Positions 14,907 to 32,124 of a DNA stretch of 64,000 nt are shown here, in pieces (the first letter of the stretch is position 1; each line of letters opens with the position of its first letter). Source of the stretch: Schmidtea polychroa (Eukaryota); the NCBI GenBank assembly GCA_044892525.1, contig CM097885.1:51338001-51402000 (forward strand), read 5' to 3'. Below the pieces are notes generated by a model. That model was not told the DNA's origin. It was given only the letters and a program-made list of their open reading frames with translations, and did not search any database. The translations under genes and the position numbers were made by a program.

Positions 14907-15612
14907 TTATTATTCTGTGATAAATTAATAATAAACTTCAAAGGGGTTACAATAAGTGTTAGAATTATTCATTATTGGATTATGGAAGGTTAATGAAAAT
15001 ATACTGAGAAGTGGCATGGATATATATTAATTGTATTTATTTAAAATTATTTCATAAAATTCATAAATTTCATAAAAATTCATAAAAAACGTTCACTTTA
15101 ATAAAAAAAATATTTAATACAATTTTAAAAGAAATATTTGCCGGGAGAATATAAATGATAATAATTAGTAAGAAATCGAGAGTCGGCGGCTATAAGTGAT
15201 GAGGATATATAAATAAAATTATTTCTATTATATGAGCTACTAACGAATTAAAATATTTTAATAATGTGATAAACTTTTATTTAATAAAGTATTTAATCCA
15301 CAAATGATTATTTTATTACATATGAAACCGTGAAGGGTATTTGACTGAGTAATTATGATAAATTCATATTTTAAATTATTCTTTAAGTCCTTTAATATTA
15401 ACAATTTATTATTAAATTTACTATTTTACACTAATTATTTCATTTTCAAAAACAAATATTCCAAAAGATAATTTAAGATACATTACTCTTTTTAATGAAA
15501 ATGAGCACTGAAAGTTAAAAGGTACACTCGAAAACTCACTCAAATATAACCGAAAGTTATAAAACAACAAAACTAAATTCGTTTAAATATTTTATAGCAA
15601 TTGGTAGTTCTT

Positions 15613-21947
<6,335 letters not shown>

Positions 21948-22225
21948 GATATATTCATAGCAAATTTTATAAAAATTTTTAACTTCTTTTAAAAATTCAT
22001 TTTTTATTCCGGGATTGGAATCTTTCAAAACGGTCAGTTTATTCTTTAGAATTAGTGGTAAAAATCCATCATTAAATCTTGATTCATATTACAGTATGAA
22101 ATCGTTTAATATAATATAAACTTCTGCTGCTGAAATTTTATCTCCTTCAATTTGTAGAGTAATTTTATGAAACAACGACGCATGACTGTGAATAAAATAA
22201 AGCATAGGTTCTGACATATCGTTCT
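21948..22225 (-). pseudogene. hAT transposase remnant, upstream part (interrupted by E1)
   Basis: Removing E1 and one TSD restores KDSNPGIKNEFLKEVKNFYKICYEYI-EQWIVNFRALNCFKWTL in one frame. Confidence 0.7.
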
Positions 22226-22719
22226 GAAAGAATTAGTTGTATAAATTAGTTGTATAAATCATTTATACAACTACTTTAGTAATTCTGGAGAACTTTTTTT
22301 GTTAATATGATATGTACAATTTTAAATAGCTATTTTAATTAATTCGATTTACTTTAATCAGTTTTTATTTAAAACGAGTTTTTAAACTCATTACAGACAT
22401 AATATATTTTTATATTATTTTCAATTTCCTTTATCTTCATTTTTATTCTGGGTAATCGATGAATATTTAGATTTTATTTAAATATAAAATAAAATATTGA
22501 TAGATAAAATAAAGAAATATATAACTATATTAAATAGCTTTCGTCTCACCTAAATGATTAAAGTTTTCTTTAATTCTTCAAATGTAGTTTTAGCTTTGGA
22601 ACGTGGCTGAAATAATAGTGCTGCCTGTTATTTTTATTTTTAGATTTTATTGTTTTAATTTACTACTTTTAATGTTTGAAAGTATTGTTTTATTTATTAC
22701 TATTGAGAGTAGTAAAATA

Positions 22720-22721
<2 letters not shown>

Positions 22722-22803
<82 letters not shown>
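22722..22803. repeat. (TA)n microsatellite
   Basis: Directly visible. Confidence 0.95.
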
Positions 22804-22806
<3 letters not shown>

Positions 22807-23794
22807 AAAAGCTTTTTGAATCTAAAAGGTATTATTGATATTTCAGGACAAGCAATTGCTAAATCTGATATATCAGCAAATTCATAAAGAAGAACAAAAG
22901 CAAATTGCAGTCAAATCTAATGAAATGTCATTTGATAATCATAAAAAGTCTCATTCGAAATATTCATTGAATAGTAAAAATAATGAATCAAAAAAGATGT
23001 GGATGTCAGTTTCTCAACCGTGTTGTAGCAAAGACTTGATCAGTGCCCCCCTAGTCAGCACAATTGCCTGCGGTTTAGCACCTTTAAAGAGAGCGTGTTA
23101 ATAAAATATTATATTATTTAGTAAATGTTAAACCGGTAGATGTAGTAAATCAACTTTTTGTTTGAATTGTATTTGTAAATGTTTTCGTGTTCTGTAATAT
23201 TATGTTAATTTTATTTTATTTTATTTATTAGCATTATGTAATTAAAATGCATGATTGATCTACAAAGCATTTTCATCTTTACATTTAGTTTAATTTTACC
23301 TCTAATAGGTTAGAAAGTAATTTTCAAAGAATTGTATTCAGTTTCCAAGAAAATAGTTATTTTAACATTTTCTAAAGGTGCGCACTAATAGTTAGAAAAT
23401 ATTTTCTCCTCATTTTAACATACTGAAAACATTAATTACCGGGAGATAAAATTATAAAAATTAATAGTTAATCTAAAGACTTAAAAATAAATTTGAGTTT
23501 ATCATTTTTTTAAATGAAACTACTTGGCTTCTTTTGTTGTGAAAATTACTTTTTGTCACATTTTATAAACTGGGTATCAGATCCTTTTATAGATAATTCT
23601 CCAAGTCGGTTAAATTTATTCGGGCATCTTACTGTTGAGTTACGCAAAGGAGACAGATAAAATTTAAAACCTCAGATATTAATTTAAATTCAAAATGCAA
23701 ATTAAGTAAGAAGGATTAATTAAAAATTCGAAAAATCAATATCTTAAGTGCTGGAAATATATTAGTAAATAGCAATCGAAAAGTTAAATACAAT

Positions 23795-24397
23795 TTATGT
23801 GGCATTACACCCGTTACATGAAAATTGATAAACGAGATCAGAACACAATCCAACCAGAATTTTAGGCTTATTGATAAAAATATTATGTACTTTAGATGAA
23901 ATTAACACAATGTGATAGTTTAAATTCCCCAACTGCTTGCTTATCTTTATTTTATAATCTGTAAAACCTTCTGAGTACGGCAATACTAACTCAAATTTAA
24001 GCTTATTATCCTTGTACTCGCAAACTCATCAAACTCACCCACATCAACAAAATGGTCACATGGCAAGTGCGCACAAGACAAATGCTCACATAGACAAATG
24101 CGAACAAAAGAATAAAAATATGGATTTACAGTAAATAGTTATAAATATGTACAAAAGAAATTTTTATTTATTGCTTATATTATCACATTAAATTGAAAAT
24201 GTCACTGCGCTCATTTGTCTGACCACCCAACAAAATCACACCCAAATTTTCTCAAACATGGATCCTTAGGATTTTTAATGAATTTATCAACAGTCTCTTT
24301 TACCATAATTAATAAAGAGGATTTTGAATAACTATCGTTCATCAACAATTCAATCAAATTATAAAAACCTTTTACTGAAATTACAAAAGTAGAAGAC
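23795..24397 (-). pseudogene. Penelope-like retroelement remnant (post-RT linker and start of GIY-YIG endonuclease), 3' part
   Basis: LPY...SDLVYQFSCNGCNAT matches the Penelope VY-x3-C-x2-C-x2-(YIG) region; frame joins 35675+ across the E2 empty site. Confidence 0.7.
24054..24227. mobile_element. Small MULE-like MITE inside the Penelope remnant
   Basis: 9-bp flanking duplication CAACAAAAT (24045-24053, 24228-24236); imperfect GGT-starting TIRs with GACAAATG(A/C)GC repeats. Confidence 0.5.
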
Positions 24398-24417
24398 AGT
24401 AGGTACAAGTGCGCTGC

Positions 24418-24690
24418 ATGACTCATCGTTGAACAAAGACATATGACTCATCGATGACTCATAACAAAGAACATGACTCATACCCCCACCCCCCCACCCC
24501 ACCCCGGTGAGTCATAAATGACGTCATCGATGACTCATCATCCATATGACTCATCCTGGTGACTCATCACACATGACTCATCCTGATGACTCATCACGCA
24601 TGACTCATACTGGTGACTCATCCGGGTGACTCATCACACATGACTCATCCTAATGAGTCATCTCGCATGACACATTAAGGGTGACTCATT
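24418..24690. promoter_or_regulatory. Array of ~16 AP-1-type TGA(C/G)TCA sites plus one CRE (TGACGTCA) in the E2 terminus
   Basis: Counted by eye; mirrored at ~35385-35655; function inferred. Confidence 0.6.
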
Positions 24691-25064
24691 TCAAATTTAA
24701 ATTTTAAATTCAAATTTTAAAAGGGTCAAATGATGTCAAACTTCATGGGTATCATTCGAAAGGTCTTGAAGAGCTCTATCTAATGGTCATACCCTTGAAG
24801 GTTTAAGATGTATCCTTAACTTTCAAAAGGTCAAAAACCTTCAACATTTTAAAAACTATATAATATAGGTATCATTCTAAAGGTAATTCAATATGTTGTT
24901 CAATAGTCTAAACTACCGCAACGTAATAATATTGTTAACAAATTGAAAGTAATATTAACAAAGACAATGCAGTTTTAATGCAATATTAACAAAGACCCTT
25001 CAATCCATGTGCATAATCAAACAATTACTACTACTACTACTACTACTCCTAATTTACAATCATT

Positions 25065-25179
<115 letters not shown>

Positions 25180-25586
25180 TAATAATAATAATAATTATAA
25201 TAATACTAACTTACAAAAACTTATAAAAAATTTCAACTTTAATAATGATAATAATAATAATATTAATAATAATAATTATTAATAATGATGATAATAATAA
25301 TAATATTAATATAGTAGTAATATTAATAATAATAATAATAACACTTAGAAAAATAAAATTTATAAAAAATAGTAATAATATTACAAACTTTTATTAAAAA
25401 TTTTGATAAAATAAAATAAAATTGAATAAAAGTATAATCATTTATTTTTTTTTTTTAAAAAAATAAAATTTTTATTATTATTGTTAATCAAGTTCTGGGA
25501 CAATCTTTGTATTTTCTTTTCTTTTAGATTTCAGTTTACAGGACTCTATAAAAATAATAATCATTAATAAAAATAATAATATTAAT

Positions 25587-25777
<191 letters not shown>

Positions 25778-25802
25778 AAATAAAAATAATTTTACTCAAA
25801 AT

Positions 25803-27971
25803 TTATCCGTTTGTTTCTGTCGGTTGATCGCGCAATTCCTGCACTCTCCGTAGTAAATATCTATTTAATCTTAATGATTCTTGATCTTCAGAATCTTCAA
25901 AATCATCAGCATCTGGAAACATCGGAGGATCGTCTGTATCTATAAAAGTATCATCCTCCAGATAGTGTCCATATGCAAAACTTTTATTTTTAGCTACCCA
26001 ATTACGTTTGTCGTCGTTGCAATTGAGTGCAGTTTTATGATTTTTTATGCTGTACAGCTGATGATTTTTAGACATTATTCTAAACTGTGGGACTGTATAA
26101 ATTTTGTCGTTTAAATAACAATCAATGTAATTGACATGTGTTAGCCCTGCATCTTTCAATGTTATGCCTTTTGCCTTACAACATTCTTCATCACCAAGCA
26201 AACTATAACATTTTGGACGAAGAAACACCCACTCCTCGTATTTGAAACCTTTATTTTCGTCTTTAAATTTCCCAATAACGGAATCCAAGTTTCTCGAATA
26301 CAAGGGATGGCTAGGGTCGTAATTTGAGGTGTCAAGAAGATTATCCCTAACCATAGCAGGCAAAAGATCAGACAGCTTACAATTAATTATTTCGAGAAAG
26401 AATGAATCAGTGTCCCCAGCTACAATATTGATCTTACAATTAAACTCATTACGATATTTATCTAATTCCTCATATTGTAGTTGATACATTCTGAGTTTAG
26501 ATAAGTCTAGTACAGTTTGGCCGATGTAACTAGGCCTATCTAAACAGACTGATTCTTTCATTAAAAGAACAGAAATAAGATTGTGATCTATTTTTGTAGT
26601 GCTTCGGAAATATGGACTACTACAATATGTGATAAGTTTTGTCGAAGAATTACATAATCTTAAATTAATTCTTTTCTTTAAATTTTCAACAGTTTTTCCA
26701 TAAAGACTGTTGTTTAGCAATTTAAAATAATTTTTATCGAGCTTAGTGGTGGAAGATGCTCTCAAAGCGGTATTAGTATCGACATATTTTTTGAATAGTG
26801 TGCTTTGTGAAAATCGAATAGCACGATGTATTTTAGATACAACTACACCTAATTTTAAATACATTTGTAAAAGTCTCCAATGAACAACATAATTATTCTT
26901 TGGATAATGAGTTAAAAGTAACTTTTCCACATTCGAACAAGGCGCACACATCTTTTCAGCGGCTACTGGCAAATCATCCAGTAAGTCGTGAATAGATGCC
27001 GGTATTTCTAAATCTACTTCTATAGTATAACCATAACTAAGTAAACTTAAATCTACCGTAGTGCATTCAAACAAGATATTATTTAATAATTGGTCATCCG
27101 TGACCCAAACAAAGTCTCCGTCCGGTAAGTTTTGTGATAAAGCCCAGCCATACAGGTTGTTTATATCTATATACAACAACTCTGTATCTGAGCTTGATTT
27201 AACATAATGCTTATTCACGAAAGTTAAGCCTCCTCTGATGCCACCTTCGAAGAAGTTGTACATTTCCATATCGGTTAATAATATAATTGGATGGTCTAAA
27301 GTCATCAAAGCCGAACTCCAACTCATACCTGGAATTCCAAGGAAATTGAGTGGCTCAAGCTTATTATGTGCTATGCTCTTTGCACGAAATTGTTGAAAGT
27401 AATCAGCCAAAAGAAATACGTCGAGTTTTAAATAGACCATCATATAATCCAAAAGAGAATTACAATTGGTCTCTCGCCATATTCTTTTGGCCATTTCGTA
27501 ATCCGAATCTGACACTCCACTCCAAATTGGTGGTAATTCAGCAGTCGACCTCAAAACATCTAAAGATGTTGCCACGTCGTATGGGAAAATTCCTTTGCTA
27601 GTAATAATACTTCCAGTAAATTCTGCAGAAGTAAGAGGGAAAGATGTAAGAGTTTTCACCACACTACTCAAAGATTCACTAACAAATTGGTATGAGTCAA
27701 TGAATTTAACTGTAAGTGAACCAATTCTCGCAAAAAGACTAAGAAACTTTTCACTTGTGATAGGAACACAGCTAATGTTCCATGAATCATACTTTGATAG
27801 TCCAAATTTGAGGATATGATGTAAATCATACCCTCTTAGATTGTGAAAAACTACTGGCAATGAATGTCTTATTTGTCGAGAAAGATTACATTTTGAGCAA
27901 GCTGCTCCAAGATATTTACCTGAAAAGTGATCATGATCTTTTACAGGATTTTCAATCACTTTCTTACACAA
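25803..27971 (-). CDS. pPolB, EndoVII + exonuclease II/III + polymerase part (left-arm mirror copy)
   Basis: 722 aa, 2 substitutions relative to the right copy (HPIILL/HPITLL, GITLK/GIILK); same motifs as 32125-34293. Confidence 0.85.
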   Translation of the reverse strand: MCKKVIENPVKDHDHFSGKYLGAACSKCNLSRQIRHSLPVVFHNLRGYDLHHILKFGLSKYDSWNISCVPITSEKFLSLFARIGSLTVKFIDSYQFVSESLSSVVKTLTSFPLTSAEFTGSIITSKGIFPYDVATSLDVLRSTAELPPIWSGVSDSDYEMAKRIWRETNCNSLLDYMMVYLKLDVFLLADYFQQFRAKSIAHNKLEPLNFLGIPGMSWSSALMTLDHPIILLTDMEMYNFFEGGIRGGLTFVNKHYVKSSSDTELLYIDINNLYGWALSQNLPDGDFVWVTDDQLLNNILFECTTVDLSLLSYGYTIEVDLEIPASIHDLLDDLPVAAEKMCAPCSNVEKLLLTHYPKNNYVVHWRLLQMYLKLGVVVSKIHRAIRFSQSTLFKKYVDTNTALRASSTTKLDKNYFKLLNNSLYGKTVENLKKRINLRLCNSSTKLITYCSSPYFRSTTKIDHNLISVLLMKESVCLDRPSYIGQTVLDLSKLRMYQLQYEELDKYRNEFNCKINIVAGDTDSFFLEIINCKLSDLLPAMVRDNLLDTSNYDPSHPLYSRNLDSVIGKFKDENKGFKYEEWVFLRPKCYSLLGDEECCKAKGITLKDAGLTHVNYIDCYLNDKIYTVPQFRIMSKNHQLYSIKNHKTALNCNDDKRNWVAKNKSFAYGHYLEDDTFIDTDDPPMFPDADDFEDSEDQESLRLNRYLLRRVQELRDQPTETNG

Positions 27972-28117
27972 ATAACAATGTCTTGCAGCTCTAAAATTTT
28001 CCAGATCGTCATGGGTTAAAATTATCTTTTTATTATAGTTTTTATAATAAAAGGGTGTTACGATTTTTCTGCTAATTAGTTCTATTTCATGTAGAAATTG
28101 ATCAACACAGTCAATAC

Positions 28118-29366
28118 CTAAAAATGACTTATAAAATTTCTTCCAGTGAGGTTATTTATACACAAAAGCCCAGCAGAAATGGGTAAGTGTTTTTGGAAGT
28201 ATTTTGTGTCCTTAGGTAAGATTGCCTCAAAATCGGCATAAATAACGAAGGGAGGTGTGACTGTTTTCTTCCAATCAACAAATTCTAAAAGATTATTTTT
28301 TGGAAGGGTGTATAAAGTCGTTCCTATTTGATTATTGTCACAAAGACCACGATGACGATTAAAAGTGTCAATATTTCTAAAGCCGTGTAAACATCTAGGA
28401 CACCATTTACAATAAATTCTGACTGGGGTAATAGAAGCATTTCTGCAATTTAAAAATTTATTTAAGTCGCTGATACCTACATAATGAAAAGTCTTTCTTT
28501 TTTCTAATAAAAGTAAATTTATGGGTGTTTCGCTTACAACTTTACTTTTGTAAATTATGTCAATAAATGGATGTTTCATTACTTCACTTTCATTAGTTAA
28601 ATCAACTAATGCAGTTTCATCATATGACAACACATTAATTGAATAGCCAGGATTAAACATTTCAAATCGATTAATATCACTTAGTTTCATTGGCATATCA
28701 TTCGGGTCAAAACGAAGTGAGGAAAGATTATAAGAAGATGGTTGATTGCGTAAATCATCATCAGTCTCGTCATATTTAGCAACAGCTAAAACACTGTATA
28801 AAAACAAAGATTATCGGTGTTTATCACATTAATTATACAGTTTTTATGTTTCAGAGATCTGGGGGTATCAATAAATTGTCTTCCACTTAACCGAGAAATT
28901 TCAGAATATTTAGTTAAAACGAAACTTATGTATTCTATTTTATTTATTTTCCAATTAGACCCCTTCTCATTCATGTTGATTATTTTTTCATTTAGAAGAG
29001 TAATACCTTCATCAATGAATGAACCATTCCAAATTCGTGCAGAATTGGAAATAACAAATGATTGATATTCGTTATCTTTCTCCATTTCAATCCGTATACA
29101 AAATTGAATTTTAACGGATTTCATTTTTGATATGAATGAAGTTAATTTAGTATATAAGAGTGAAGGAACAGAAAGAGTTGTCATATTAAATCGCGACACA
29201 TCCATCTTAATGATTATATGTGATTTATTTAAATCAGAATCAATAGTCAAGAGGCCCGAACCTATTTGATTGACAGAGTATGAATTTAAAATAATTGGAG
29301 CTATTTCATCATCATCATCAGAAGAAATAATAATTTCTTCATCAGAAGAAATAATAATTTCCTCCT
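28118..29366 (-). pseudogene. pPolB N-terminal part, 5'-truncated mirror copy with an extra frameshift
   Basis: ORFs 28118-28807 and 28786-29250 are split by a T5 (vs T6) run at ~28800; homology to the right copy stops at 29366, so the start codon and first ~196 codons are missing. Confidence 0.85.
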
Positions 29367-29574
29367 TATTTATAAAATATTTATTTAAAGTATTTATTTA
29401 AAATATTTATTTAAATTATTTTTTTTTTCATAAAATTTGCTTTTAAGATTATAAGACTTGATTGACAATTATAATAAAAAATAAATGATTTTACTTTTTA
29501 TTCAATTTCATTTTTATATTTTTATTAAAAATTTTTAATAAAAGTTAGTAATATTATTACTATTATTACTATTT

Positions 29575-29655
<81 letters not shown>

Positions 29656-30139
29656 CTATATTTTTTGCTTAGTTTTATTTAGGATGAATTTATATTATAA
29701 CTAATATTATAACTAAAAAGGGATTTTTTTTTTTTTTTTTTTTTCTAAAATATATTTTATTATTAAATGGTGAATATAATATATTGAATTTTAGGAGATC
29801 ATGAATAAATATGTATGATAATAATATTAGTTTAAATAATAATATTAATAATAATAATAATTATCATTATTATTATTTATATTTTAGCTTAGTTTTTATT
29901 TAATTTGATGTTATACATTCTACAATTAATTGTTTTTGATAATATTTGTTTTAAATTAAATATAGCTTTTTAAGATATGTAATTATTTATTTAAGATATA
30001 TATATATATTTTAGAAATATTTTACGATTAAATATATGATATTAGAAATCGTAAAATATTATAACGAAAAAGATATTTTATATCGAAAATATATTTTATT
30101 GTTAAATGGTAAATATAATATATTGAATTTTAGGAGAAC

Positions 30140-30155
30140 ATGAATAAATATGATG

Positions 30156-30247
<92 letters not shown>

Positions 30248-31978
30248 TTAAATTTTAGCTTAGTTTTTTATTTAGGTCGATTTTATACATCCTACTGTAA
30301 TAATACTTTTCATAATAACTGTCATGGTCTTATGGAAAAGTATTATTCGCATAAATATAATGGTATCATCTACCAGATATGTCCTACATGCAAAACATTA
30401 GACACAAAAACATATTTCGAATTTTACAAAAAACATTGCAATCATTTAAGACAATTTATAGGTTCGAAAAAAGATTTATTCATCATATTATATCCAACTT
30501 TTTTACAAAATAATGTGGACTGCGTTCCCAATCAATTAAATACTAATGTGGACTGCGTTCCCAATCAATTAAATACTAATGTGGACTGCGTTCCCAATCA
30601 ATTAAAAAGACACAACATAAATATTAAACATAAGGTGCCTTCAAAAATAAGTAAAATTGAAATAATAAACATTAGTGACGATGAGGACAATATTATTAAT
30701 AACGATGAAATTATAATTTCTTCTGATGAGGAGGAAATTATTATTTCTTCTGATGAAGAAATTATTATTTCTTCTGATGATGATGATGAAATAGCTCCAA
30801 TTATTTTAAATTCATACTCTGTCAATCAAATAGGTTCGGGCCTCTTGACTATTGATTCTGATTTAAATAAATCACATATAATCATTAAGATGGATGTGTC
30901 GCGATTTAATATGACAACTCTTTCTGTTCCTTCACTCTTATATACTAAATTAACTTCATTCATATCAAAAATGAAATCCGTTAAAATTCAATTTTGTATA
31001 CGGATTGAAATGGAGAAAGATAACGAATATCAATCATTTGTTATTTCCAATTCTGCACGAATTTGGAATGGTTCATTCATTGATGAAGGTATTACTCTTC
31101 TAAATGAAAAAATAATCAACATGAATGAGAAGGGGTCTAATTGGAAAATAAATAAAATAGAATACATAAGTTTCGTTTTAACTAAATATTCTGAAATTTC
31201 TCGGTTAAGTGGAAGACAATTTATTGATACCCCCAGATCTCTGAAACATAAAAACTGTATAATTAATGTGATAAACACCGATAATCTTTGTTTTTTATAC
31301 AGTGTTTTAGCTGTTGCTAAATATGACGAGACTGATGATGATTTACGCAATCAACCATCTTCTTATAATCTTTCCTCACTTCGTTTTGACCCGAATGATA
31401 TGCCAATGAAACTAAGTGATATTAATCGATTTGAAATGTTTAATCCTGGCTATTCAATTAATGTGTTGTCATATGATGAAACTGCATTAGTTGATTTAAC
31501 TAATGAAAGTGAAGTAATGAAACATCCATTTATTGACATAATTTACAAAAGTAAAGTTGTAAGCGAAACACCCATAAATTTACTTTTATTAGAAAAAAGA
31601 AAGACTTTTCATTATGTAGGTATCAGCGACTTAAATAAATTTTTAAATTGCAGAAATGCTTCTATTACCCCAGTCAGAATTTATTGTAAATGGTGTCCTA
31701 GATGTTTACACGGCTTTAGAAATATTGACACTTTTAATCGTCATCGTGGTCTTTGTGACAATAATCAAATAGGAACGACTTTATACACCCTTCCAAAAAA
31801 TAATCTTTTAGAATTTGTTGATTGGAAGAAAACAGTCACACCTCCCTTCGTTATTTATGCCGATTTTGAGGCAATCTTACCTAAGGACACAAAATACTTC
31901 CAAAAACACTTACCCATTTCTGCTGGGCTTTTGTGTATAAATAACCTCACTGGAAGAAATTTTATAAGTCATTTTTAG
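30140..31978 (+). CDS. pPolB N-terminal part (PHD-like Cys/His cluster, putative terminal protein, OTU-like protease motif, zinc finger, Exo I)
   Basis: Polinton pPolB N-terminal motif FIDTPRSLKHKNCIINVINTDNLCFLYSVLA, then HYV, CPRC-x12-H-x3-C and Exo I IYADFE; true start uncertain (poly-Asn stretch may be intronic). Confidence 0.8.
30512..30605 (+). repeat. 33-bp coding tandem repeat x3 (NVDCVPNQLNT)
   Basis: AATGTGGACTGCGTTCCCAATCAATTAAATACT repeated. Confidence 0.9.
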
Positions 31979-32124
31979 GTATTGACTGTGTTGATCAATT
32001 TCTACATGAAATAGAACTAATTAGCAGAAAAATCGTAACACCCTTTTATTATAAAAACTATAATAAAAAGATAATTTTAACCCATGACGATCTGGAAAAT
32101 TTTAGAGCTGCAAGACATTGTTAT

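Noticed and set aside
22835..23101. 88-aa ORF
   Set aside because: Non-ATG start and no recognisable homology; may be an exon but is unsupported
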